A DNA stretch of 64,000 nt, from the NCBI GenBank assembly GCA_965220155.1, contig OZ244810.1, positions 3,553,302 through 3,617,301 on the forward strand. Direction: 5' to 3'. Under the pieces are notes generated by a model. It was given only the letters and a program-made list of their open reading frames with translations. It did no database searches and was not told where the DNA came from. This stretch comes from Dehalococcoidia bacterium (GTDB taxonomy: Bacteria; Chloroflexota; Dehalococcoidia; SHYB01). The stretch's first letter is position 1. The number at the start of each line of letters is the position of its first letter. Below are positions 10,338 through 18,140 of this stretch, piece by piece. A program made the translations under genes and the position numbers.

Positions 10338-10883
10338 CTACCGGCCGAGGAGCAGCTCGAGTACCTGAGGGACGGCCTCCTGGGCCCGCTCCTTGACCTC
10401 ATCCTTCGTGAGACTTCCCATGGGGTGCGGGACTACCGCGAAGGGGTAATCGGGGATACCTTGGATACGAGCCATGCTTTTTGCCGTTGGGATGAAGGGC
10501 TCGGTGCAGATCACCGCGGAGGGAATGCCGAGCTTCTCGAAGGTCGTTCCGTCGAGCAGACTGCTCGACGAGCAGGACCCTCAATCGCCTATCGCGGTAA
10601 CGACGACATCGCATTGAGAGGCCAGCTCCTGAATCGTCTCCGGGGGGCACGGGCGGGAGACGTCGGGCTTGGTGCGCCTCACCACAGAGGCAAACTCATA
10701 GCGGCTGGAGAGCAGCTCGTAGAGCTCGTCCAGCAGACCGCTCGCGTTCATTTTGTGATTGTCCAGAAGCCCCAGCACCTTGCCGTTGAGGGTCGTAGGA
10801 CGTTCCGCCACACTGACGTCTACCGTCAGGGCGGCGGACGTTGGGTCCAGTATTACGATCCCGGGACCGCTTGTGGTGGCCAT
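10338..10883 (-). CDS. UGSC-motif (seleno)protein; in-frame TGA (10583..10581) read as selenocysteine, codon 101 of 181
   Basis: AAAGGAGGAG-N5-ATG at 10883. ORF 10581..10964 ends ...QCDVVVTAIGD-TGA. The same frame continues GSCSSSSLLDGTTFEKLGIPSAVICTEPFIPTAKSMARIQGIPDYPFAVVPHPMGSLTKDEVKERAQEAVPQVLELLLGR to TAG 10340..10338. A SECIS-like hairpin lies just 3' of the TGA. Confidence 0.7.
10550..10570 (-). promoter_or_regulatory. SECIS-like stem-loop immediately downstream of the in-frame UGA
   Basis: mRNA: UGA GGGUCCUGCU CGUCGAGCA GUC UGCUCGACG. This is a perfect 9-bp stem with apical GUC, or 8 bp with an AGUCU loop. The stem starts 10 nt after the UGA and the apical G-U lies about 20 nt after it. 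Confidence 0.55.
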
Positions 10884-11048
10884 GTTTGCTCCTCCTTTGG
10901 AGTTACCGGCGCCGGTCGTCATTCCTTTTCCGCTGAGGGGACCCGGTTCGCCTGCGGTCCTCACAGATTACCGCATCCCATCAAGCAGCAATAGGCGATC
11001 CCCGACCGCTGCGTGTACCGCTGGGGTTGCTGGGCCAAGACGCCTTTC

Positions 11049-11810
11049 CTAGGGCCAGGTCTTGCCGAACTCCGCCGCTTGCACCACCCGCATCGTGAAG
11101 TCCTCCGCCGCCTGCCGCGCCAGCCAGACCAGAGGCCGGGCGCTCTCTTCCGGGGTCTGCCAATCATCCGCGTCCCAGTCCAACGCCACGTCCCGGTACA
11201 TCATCTCGATGCCCTCGGTCTTGACGCGTCCGGGCGCCACCGACACCACGGCGATGTTGTGCTCGCGAACCTCCCAGGCAAGGCCGAGAGAGAAGCGGTC
11301 GAGCGCGGCCTTCGAGAGGCCGTATGCCGTGTCGCCTCTCCGACTGAACCGGTATGCGGCGCCTGACGTCACGTTGATGATGTTGCCGCTGTGCTGGGCG
11401 ATCATCGTGGGAAGCACGGCCTGGCAGCAGAGAAACGGCCCGCGAACGTTTACAGCGATGGTCTGGTCGAACCTGGCCGGCGGCAGGTCCTGGACTTTCT
11501 GGTAGGAGAAGGCCCCACCGGCGTTGTTCACCAGGACATCCACCCTGCCGTATTCCTCGAGGGTCCGGTCGACCATCGCTCTGACGTCTTCCTCCGAAGT
11601 GACGTCACAACGGAGCGGCAGGGCGCGTCCTCCTTCGGCGGCGATCTCTTCCGCCGTCTGATGAATGGTCCCGGGCAGCCGTTTGTCCGCGGCCTCCGTT
11701 CGGGCCGCAATCACAACCGCAGCGCCCTCCAGGGCAAACACCTTGGCGATGCCCTTGCCTACCCCCCGGCTGGCGCCGGTGACGATCGCTATCTTCCCTT
11801 CGAGCTCCAT
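11049..11810 (-). CDS. SDR family NAD(P)-dependent oxidoreductase
   Basis: MELEGKIAIVTGASRGVGKGIA (TGxxxGxG), NNAG, YGLSKAAL (YxxxK). The track start 11831 is a TTG; ATG 11810 has a GAGGTG SD. Confidence 0.85.
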   Translation of the reverse strand: MELEGKIAIVTGASRGVGKGIAKVFALEGAAVVIAARTEAADKRLPGTIHQTAEEIAAEGGRALPLRCDVTSEEDVRAMVDRTLEEYGRVDVLVNNAGGAFSYQKVQDLPPARFDQTIAVNVRGPFLCCQAVLPTMIAQHSGNIINVTSGAAYRFSRRGDTAYGLSKAALDRFSLGLAWEVREHNIAVVSVAPGRVKTEGIEMMYRDVALDWDADDWQTPEESARPLVWLARQAAEDFTMRVVQAAEFGKTWP

Positions 11811-11915
11811 GGGTGACACCTCGAGCGGCAACGTCCCGCAGGCACAGCCCCTCTAACGCCCACCGGCCAGAAGCAACGGGCCCCGGTCCGGTGAGCGGGT
11901 GCGGCCCAGCGGGAC

Positions 11916-13103
11916 CTACAGCTTGTAGAAATCGATGGCGTTCAGGCCTCGCACCCGCTCCTGGTCCGCGGGACTCAGAGTACCGATGCTCTCGTTCAAC
12001 ATCTTGACGAATCCGGGATAGAACGCGTCGGGGTGGGGGAAATCGGTCCCCCAGATTATTCGTTCCGCACCGAGCCATTGGGCCGTCAGCGGCAGCGCCG
12101 CCTCTTCGGGGTCGAAGGAGATCCACCCCTGGCGGCGGAAGTAGTCGCTGGGCTTCATCTTCAGGTGCGGCAGGGTGTGCCCCAGGGTCTCGAAGCGGTA
12201 GTCGAGCCGCTCCAAGAAGGGGACCAGCCAGCCGCCGCTGGACTCTAGAATCGCAAACCGCAGCCCGGGAAAACGCTCCAACGCCCCGCCGATGATCATG
12301 CCCATGACGGCATTCATCGAGTCGACCATCACATTAAAGGGAGTGCGCATCATGGTCTTGATCGGTGAAGGTCCTATCAGGTCGAAGAATCGCGCGGAGC
12401 CGTACATCGAGTCACCCGGGAACGGGTGAAAAGCCACCGCCATGTCCAGCTCCTGGCATGTCGCCCAGAATTTGTCATATTGGTCCTCGTACCAGCGGTC
12501 CTCGGAATGGGCCAAGGTCGTCCGGAGGAACACCGCCCGAAACCCCATCCGGTCCCGGCACCTTCGGACTTCCTCACAGGCGGCGTCGACGTCATGAATG
12601 GCGCAGATATTGACCGCCCCATACAGCCGCCTCGGGTCCGCCTGGCAATAGTCGTGGAGCCAGTTGTCCAGAGCGATATTGACCGCCTGGTGGTAGGGAC
12701 CGTCGGGGATCCAGGCCAAGGCAGCAGTCGGGTACAGGACTGCCGCGTCCCAGCCCTCTTCGTCCATCACCACGAGGCGCGCCTCCGGGTCCGTAACCGC
12801 CGCGTCGAGGTTGGCATACCCCTCGTTGACGCTCGCGGTGCCATTGGTCGGCTTGTCATTGTGGAGTCCGATCAGCCGCTTTTCCGCCGTGCCGATCTCG
12901 CGCCTGAACATGGGCCCGGCGAAGTCGGGGTTGTATGTGTGCCAGGTCGTGCCCTCGCGTCTTTCGGCGCCGTCGGGCGTCCGGACCCGGCGGGGTGCGA
13001 CGTCGCGGTACTTTGGTTCGATGTACTCGGCGAGGGACATGGGCTCGATGAAATGTCCGTCGGCGTCTACCACCTGGAGCTTGACCTTGCGTTCGACTGT
13101 CAT
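11916..13103 (-). CDS. Amidohydrolase family protein (amidohydrolase_2 / ACMSD-like metal-dependent hydrolase)
   Basis: 395 aa. LQVVDADGHFIEP near the N-terminus and IIWGTDFPHPD near the C-terminus. GGGAGG SD 5 nt before the ATG. Confidence 0.8.
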   Translation of the reverse strand: MTVERKVKLQVVDADGHFIEPMSLAEYIEPKYRDVAPRRVRTPDGAERREGTTWHTYNPDFAGPMFRREIGTAEKRLIGLHNDKPTNGTASVNEGYANLDAAVTDPEARLVVMDEEGWDAAVLYPTAALAWIPDGPYHQAVNIALDNWLHDYCQADPRRLYGAVNICAIHDVDAACEEVRRCRDRMGFRAVFLRTTLAHSEDRWYEDQYDKFWATCQELDMAVAFHPFPGDSMYGSARFFDLIGPSPIKTMMRTPFNVMVDSMNAVMGMIIGGALERFPGLRFAILESSGGWLVPFLERLDYRFETLGHTLPHLKMKPSDYFRRQGWISFDPEEAALPLTAQWLGAERIIWGTDFPHPDAFYPGFVKMLNESIGTLSPADQERVRGLNAIDFYKL

Positions 13104-13149
13104 TGGGGCCTCCCTTCAGAGAGGAGAAAAACAAGAGTAGCTGTCGATA

Positions 13150-13179
13150 GTGATATTCCGACGCGAGCGGGGTTGTCAA
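13150..13179 (-). promoter_or_regulatory. Candidate sigma70-type promoter upstream of the amidohydrolase gene
   Basis: Minus strand reads CTTGACA-N18-TATCAC: -35 TTGACA at 13179..13174 and -10 at 13155..13150, about 45 nt upstream of ATG 13103. Consensus match only. Confidence 0.4.
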
Positions 13180-13269
13180 GCGCGTCGGCGCTTCCCGCGT
13201 CCTCAAAGCATCCTCTCGCCATGAAGGGGTCCGTATTCGAGTAAGGAAATGAGGACCCGCGGACAACAG

Positions 13270-14718
13270 TCATGGCGGGACGATACGAAGCACCGGGCCC
13301 CGGAATTGCAGGATGTAGACCTCGCCGGCGGAGTCGACCCCGAACGAAGAAACCTGACCGTCCGCCTCCGCGACCTTCACGACTGACCGGCGGTCGCCGG
13401 CATCGATAGCCCATATCCGGCCGCTGCAAAAGTCGCTGAACAGGTAGGCGTCTGCAATCTCGGCCACGGCCGCCCCCCGGTACACAAGACCACCCGTCAC
13501 GGAGCAACCCTGCTCGCGCCCATAAACGGCGATCGGAGGCTCCTTGCCCGAGTCGTCGCACCCAGAACGCGGGCGGAAGCAGCGGTCACCTTCGAGGACG
13601 TTCCAACCGTAGTTCCCGCCCCGTCGGATGATATCCACCTCTTCCATCGCGTTCTGCCCGACATCGGCCAGCCAAAGCTCCCCGGTTGCGCTATCAAAGG
13701 CCATGCGCCATGGATTCCTGAGACCATAGGCCCAGACCTCCGGCCGGCCGCCTCCCTCGACGAATGGATTGTCGGGGGGGACCCTATACGGCACCGAGGC
13801 TGACGTCTCCCGCACGTCGAGCCGGATAACGGTCCCCAAGAGCGTCCAAGGGTCCTGGCCGTTCCCACGAGGGTCTCCGCCGCTGCCCCCGTCCCCAAGA
13901 CCGAGATAGAGCATGCCATCGGGCCCGAACCGGACCGCGCCGCCGTTGTGGTTGGAGAACGGTTGGGCTATCTCCATGACAACGAGCTCGCTAGCGGAGT
14001 CAGCCCGGTCGTCAACGACAGTGAACCTGGAGAGGCGCGTTCTACGCTGACCGTCCGGCACCGAGTAATAAACCCAGAGATGCCCGGTCCTATCGAAGCT
14101 CGGGTCCAGGGCCACGCTGAGCAGGCCTTCTTCGTTTCCAGAGCGCCGCACGGCGATGTCGAGAAGGGCCGAGAGGCCCGTGCCGTCCATGTCGAGCAGG
14201 AACACGGTGCCGCCTTGCTCCGCCACGAACATGCGGCCGGTGGGAAAAGCGCCGATCTCGACGGGGCGATCGAACCTCCTACCGCCGAACGCGGATTCCA
14301 GGCGGACCGGTCCGAGGGTGGCCCGCCTTGCGGATGCAGCGGTCGGCGCGGGCGGAGTCGTCGGCGTTGGTACGGGCATCGGGGTCCGCGGTCGTGAGCC
14401 ATCCGTCGTCGACGTCGGACTCGGCGGCCGGACGGGCGCGGTAGCGGTCGCACGAGAGGATGGAAGCGGTTGGGTTGGGGTAGGAGACGGCTGCCTTGTT
14501 TCCACTATCGGAGTTGGCGCCGGCCCGCGGGGAGTCGCCGTCGCAGAGGGGCGCGCGGAAGCGGTCGCGGTGGGAGGCGGGGGTGTGGAACCCAAGACCG
14601 GCGGCGACGGGGGAGCGGCATTGCTGCAGCTTGCGAGAATCGCTGCGGCGGCAAGGACCGTTGCAGTGGCAAGGACCATTGGCACCGACCTCACTACGGC
14701 TCCCGATGCGGCTCCCAT
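13270..14718 (-). CDS. PQQ-dependent sugar (glucose/sorbosone) dehydrogenase family lipoprotein with a Pro/Thr-rich linker
   Basis: Signal peptide plus lipobox MGAASGAVVRSVPMVLATATVLAAAAILASCS, with the start placed at ATG 14718 (track ORF starts at 14847). About 110 aa of P/T/S-rich linker, then the beta-propeller motifs FSNHNGGAVRFGPDGMLYLGLGDGGSGGDP and YGLRNPWRMAFD. Confidence 0.8.
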   Translation of the reverse strand: MGAASGAVVRSVPMVLATATVLAAAAILASCSNAAPPSPPVLGSTPPPPTATASARPSATATPRGPAPTPIVETRQPSPTPTQPLPSSRATATAPVRPPSPTSTTDGSRPRTPMPVPTPTTPPAPTAASARRATLGPVRLESAFGGRRFDRPVEIGAFPTGRMFVAEQGGTVFLLDMDGTGLSALLDIAVRRSGNEEGLLSVALDPSFDRTGHLWVYYSVPDGQRRTRLSRFTVVDDRADSASELVVMEIAQPFSNHNGGAVRFGPDGMLYLGLGDGGSGGDPRGNGQDPWTLLGTVIRLDVRETSASVPYRVPPDNPFVEGGGRPEVWAYGLRNPWRMAFDSATGELWLADVGQNAMEEVDIIRRGGNYGWNVLEGDRCFRPRSGCDDSGKEPPIAVYGREQGCSVTGGLVYRGAAVAEIADAYLFSDFCSGRIWAIDAGDRRSVVKVAEADGQVSSFGVDSAGEVYILQFRGPVLRIVPP

Positions 14719-14958
14719 CAATACGCCACGGCTCTCGTCATTGAACCGGCTCCTCGGAGCCCAGGGCGTTCCCACGAGCCAACCAAACTGAAACCACCGA
14801 GATCTGTCGGTTCTTCCCGGCGGCATTGCGATTCTCCCCGATGGCATCGGGTGCAGTCAGAGGACAAGAGCGAACAGCCGAGTTGACATAAGCGGCGAGC
14901 CCAGGATGCAGTCCACGGGCCGTGCGCGCCGGCCTTCCACCGGCAGGGACCTCGTGGC

Positions 14959-15942
14959 TCAGGACAGCCCCCGATGCCGGGGCAGCACCTCGGGGTTCAT
15001 CACCTGGACTGGCTGACCGCTCAGATAGGCGGCGATGCCCTTCACCGTGTCCCCGAAGAACACCTGGTAGGTCTCCCGGCTCACGTACCCGATATGCGGA
15101 GTCAATACCGTGTTGTCGAGCCGCTTGAATGGATGGTCTCCGGGCAGAGGCTCCTCATCGAACACATCGAGGCCGGCGCCTGCGATGGAGCGGGTCTCGA
15201 GCGCACGAATGAGGGCCCCTTCGTCGACGATAGGCCCCCGAGACGTATTGATGAGGTAAGCAGTCGGCTTCATGAGCCCCAGCTCCCTTTCGCCGGCGAG
15301 CCCCCTCGTCCTGGCGCTCAGCACGAGGTGAACGGACAGAACGTCGGAGCGGGCAAATAAATCGTCCTTTGAAACCAGCTCCGCCCCATGCTGGGCGGCG
15401 ACATCGGGGGTCAGGTTCTGGCTCCAGGCGATGAGGGACATCTCGAAGGCCTTGCCAACCGCCGCGACCCGGGAACCCAGTCTTCCGAGGCCCAATAGCC
15501 CAAGGGCCTTGCCATTCAGGTCGACCCCCAGTCCCGTCTGCCAGACGCCCTTTCGGACTGCTCCGTCCTCCCGCGGAATGCTCCGAAGCAGGGCCAGGAT
15601 CAGCCCCCAGGTCAGCTCGGCGGTGGGGTGTCCCAACCCGCCGGTGCCGCAGACCACGATGCCAAGGTCCGTGGCGGCATCTAAATCGATGGCCGCATTC
15701 CTGGAGCCAGTCGTCATGAGGAGCCTGAGGCGCGGGAGGCGAGCAAGGAGGTCTCGCGGAAAGGGAGTGCGCTCTCTCATGGAGGCCACGATCTCGAAGC
15801 CGCTGAGCCTCAAGGCGACGTCTTCCAACTTGGAAAGGTGGTCGTGGAACACGGATACATCGACGTCCGACGGCAAAGCGCTCCAATCGGCCATCTTCAA
15901 GGCCACCTCTTGATAGTCGTCCAGGACCGCGACTCTAGGCAT
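14959..15942 (-). CDS. D-isomer-specific 2-hydroxyacid dehydrogenase family protein
   Basis: Only the C-terminal 327 aa of the 744-aa track ORF is a gene: MPRVAVLDDYQEVA... with GGAGGG SD 5 nt upstream. NAD motif GLLGLGRLGSRVA and LDVFDEEPLP...TPHIGY. The upstream part of the track ORF is antisense to the LLM gene. Confidence 0.85.
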   Translation of the reverse strand: MPRVAVLDDYQEVALKMADWSALPSDVDVSVFHDHLSKLEDVALRLSGFEIVASMRERTPFPRDLLARLPRLRLLMTTGSRNAAIDLDAATDLGIVVCGTGGLGHPTAELTWGLILALLRSIPREDGAVRKGVWQTGLGVDLNGKALGLLGLGRLGSRVAAVGKAFEMSLIAWSQNLTPDVAAQHGAELVSKDDLFARSDVLSVHLVLSARTRGLAGERELGLMKPTAYLINTSRGPIVDEGALIRALETRSIAGAGLDVFDEEPLPGDHPFKRLDNTVLTPHIGYVSRETYQVFFGDTVKGIAAYLSGQPVQVMNPEVLPRHRGLS

Positions 15943-16152
15943 AGGTCCCTCCGGTCGGCTGCCGGCGTCTGAGTGACGAGGGCAAAGCGGGGTGGCCGCG
16001 ATTCTATTATCCCGCCGCCAGGCTACCCTATCACGGCTTTCAGGTTGCCGCGTTGCCCGCACCAAGGGCGCGGGCTTAGACTTGGCCCGTCGGGTCCGAA
16101 GAGACAGCGGAGGGACTCGCCGCCCATAGGGCCCACACTCGGAGGCTGCGCC

Positions 16153-17322
16153 GTGACCATCCCGAGCAGAATGAAGTTCGGAGTATTCCTGGCCCCCTTC
16201 CACCGGGTTGGGGAGAACCCGACGTTGGCTTTCGAACGCGACCTGGAGCTTCTCCAATGGCTTGACACCCTGGGCTTCGACGAGGCCTACATCGGGGAGC
16301 ACCACAGCGCCGGGTGGGAGACCATCTCCTCTCCCGAGGTGTTTATCGCGGTTGCCGCGGAGCGCACCCGCCATATTCGCCTGGGAACGGGCGTCGTCAG
16401 CCTCCCATATCACCATCCGTTCATGGTTGCCAGCCGCATCACGCTCCTGGACCATTTGACCAGGGGCAGAATCATTCTGGGAGTCGGTCCCGGCGCGCTC
16501 ACCTCCGACGCATACATGCTCGGAATCGATCCGCCCAGGCAAAGGGCCATGATGGACGAGTCCATGGAGATCATCCTGCGCCTGTTCTGCGAGGAACAGC
16601 CGGTTACCTACAAGAGCGACTGGTTCGAATTGAAGGAGGCCACGCTTCAGATACGCCCTTTCCAACGTCCACACATGCCCATCGCCGTGGCGTCCGTGCA
16701 GTCGCCGGCGGGAGTCCAGCTCGCCGGGAAGTTCGGGGCCTCGCTGCTCTCGTTGAGCATACCCAGGCAGCAGGTCAGGGCGACCAACCTGAAGGATCTC
16801 TGGAAGATCGCCGAGGAGACAGCAGCCGAGCATGGCCGGAGAGTCCAGCGGGAGGACTGGTGCCTCGTCGTCACCACCCACCTGGCGGAAAGCCGCCAAG
16901 AGGCCATCGAGGACGTCCGGCTCGGCGCTGCCCGCAACCAGACGGAGTACTGGCGCGACACCCTGGGATATCCGATCCCCGCGGGACCGCCGGAGAAAAT
17001 CGTCGACTACATGGTCGAAAACGGCCACTGGATCATCGGCACCCCGGACGACTGCGTCGCCGGCATACGCCGGCTCCAGGAGGCTAGCGGAGGGTTCGGA
17101 GGGTTCCTCGTCCAGGTCCAAGACTGGGCGCCCCGTGAAAAACTGCTTCGGAGCTACGAGCTGCTGGCCCGATATGTCGCTCCCCAGTTTCAAGGGACTG
17201 TCAGCAGCATCGAGCGGTCCCGGGTCTGGTCGGGAGAGAAGGCTGAGGAGCTGCAGGCGGCCAGGGTAACGTCGCTGAAGAAGGCCGACACGAAATACTA
17301 TGAAGCGCCCTCGAGGCCCTGA
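16153..17322 (+). CDS. LLM-class (luciferase-like) flavin/F420-dependent oxidoreductase
   Basis: MKFGVFLAPFH...LGFDEAYIGEHHS...RLGTGVVSLPYHHP. GTG 16153 has a GGAGG SD 7 nt upstream; ATG 16171 (MKFGVF) is the alternative start. The track ORF begins at 15973. Confidence 0.85.
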   Translation: MTIPSRMKFGVFLAPFHRVGENPTLAFERDLELLQWLDTLGFDEAYIGEHHSAGWETISSPEVFIAVAAERTRHIRLGTGVVSLPYHHPFMVASRITLLDHLTRGRIILGVGPGALTSDAYMLGIDPPRQRAMMDESMEIILRLFCEEQPVTYKSDWFELKEATLQIRPFQRPHMPIAVASVQSPAGVQLAGKFGASLLSLSIPRQQVRATNLKDLWKIAEETAAEHGRRVQREDWCLVVTTHLAESRQEAIEDVRLGAARNQTEYWRDTLGYPIPAGPPEKIVDYMVENGHWIIGTPDDCVAGIRRLQEASGGFGGFLVQVQDWAPREKLLRSYELLARYVAPQFQGTVSSIERSRVWSGEKAEELQAARVTSLKKADTKYYEAPSRP

Positions 17323-17368
17323 CCGGCGTGGCGGGTTAGAAGGTCCATCCCCAACAAGGGAGCATCCG

Positions 17369-18133
17369 GTGGCAAAATCACGTGACGACTTCGAACAAGA
17401 GCTTCGATCGCTGTTGGAGGAGCTACGGCCGATCGCCCTAGGCCACTATCATCCGCTGATCAACGGCGAGATTCAGACATACGAGGACTTGTCCGCGTGG
17501 GCCAGGGATTTCTACGTCCGAGACGTCGGCACGGTGCTGGCCAGGACATATGCGAAGTGCCCCCACCTGGACGCCCGACGGTTCATTGCCCAGAATCTGA
17601 TGGAAGAGGAAGGCAACTTCAAGCCGGGGCATTCGCACACGGAGCTCTCCAGAAAGTTTGCCAAGCACTTCGGGACCACCGACGAAGAGATCGAAGCGAA
17701 TTACCGCGCACGGAAAGACACACCCGAAGCGTCGGCCCGGCGCCAGGGCCGGCCTTCCGAGGACTGGTTGGAGGAGTTCGCGGGTTTCGGCCTCGGCGCC
17801 GAGTTCTTTGCTCCTACCCTGTTTACCAAGATCATTCCACGGCTGCGGGACGATTTCGGCGTGCCTCAGGAGGCCCTGGGATTCTTCACCGTGCATTTGG
17901 CCGAAGATGCTCACCATTCTTCACGGACTATGGAGATCGTCCTCAAGTACGCCACCACCGAGGAAGAGCAGCACAAGGTGCGGGAAGCCATCAAGCGCTG
18001 GGTTGTGTCGGGGCAGCCTCGGGCCGAGGGGGGTCAGCTGCGGCGTCTGCCGGAGGAGGTCGTCCGCCCTCACGAAGGCCGATGCGCTCCCGCTGGCGAG
18101 GACGCAGAAACGGCCGCTCCCCGGCGGAGCTGA
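17369..18133 (+). CDS. TenA/PqqC-like (haem-oxygenase-fold) iron-containing redox enzyme family protein
   Basis: Helical protein with ...ARDFYVRDVGTVLARTY...IAQNLMEEEG...HSHTELSRKFAKHFG...FTVHLAEDAHHS.... Start placed at GTG 17369 (AAGGGAG SD), after the LLM stop at 17322. Family call from motif resemblance only. Confidence 0.5.
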   Translation: MAKSRDDFEQELRSLLEELRPIALGHYHPLINGEIQTYEDLSAWARDFYVRDVGTVLARTYAKCPHLDARRFIAQNLMEEEGNFKPGHSHTELSRKFAKHFGTTDEEIEANYRARKDTPEASARRQGRPSEDWLEEFAGFGLGAEFFAPTLFTKIIPRLRDDFGVPQEALGFFTVHLAEDAHHSSRTMEIVLKYATTEEEQHKVREAIKRWVVSGQPRAEGGQLRRLPEEVVRPHEGRCAPAGEDAETAAPRRS

Positions 18134-18140
18134 GTTGGGG

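Noticed and set aside
9425-10396. 323-aa + strand ORF
   Set aside because: It is antisense to the partner gene of the UGSC protein. It has no SD, an R/G/H/P-rich composition and no motifs.
10581-10583. TGA treated as a genuine stop (100-aa protein, then a 250-nt untranslated gap)
   Set aside because: The frame stays open for 80 protein-like codons that end exactly where the next gene's SD begins. The TGA also sits in a U-x-x-C context with a perfect hairpin downstream. It is kept as an alternative only, and it is what the refutation tests address.
14280-14625. Apparent repetitive DNA in the PQQ-dehydrogenase gene
   Set aside because: It is a Pro/Thr/Ser/Ala-rich low-complexity linker after the lipoprotein signal peptide. 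It is not a nucleotide-level tandem repeat.
15943-17193. N-terminal 417 aa of the 744-aa minus-strand ORF 14959..17193
   Set aside because: This part is antisense to the LLM gene and has no similarity to dehydrogenases. A GGAGGG SD plus ATG at 15942 gives a normal-length 2-hydroxyacid dehydrogenase.
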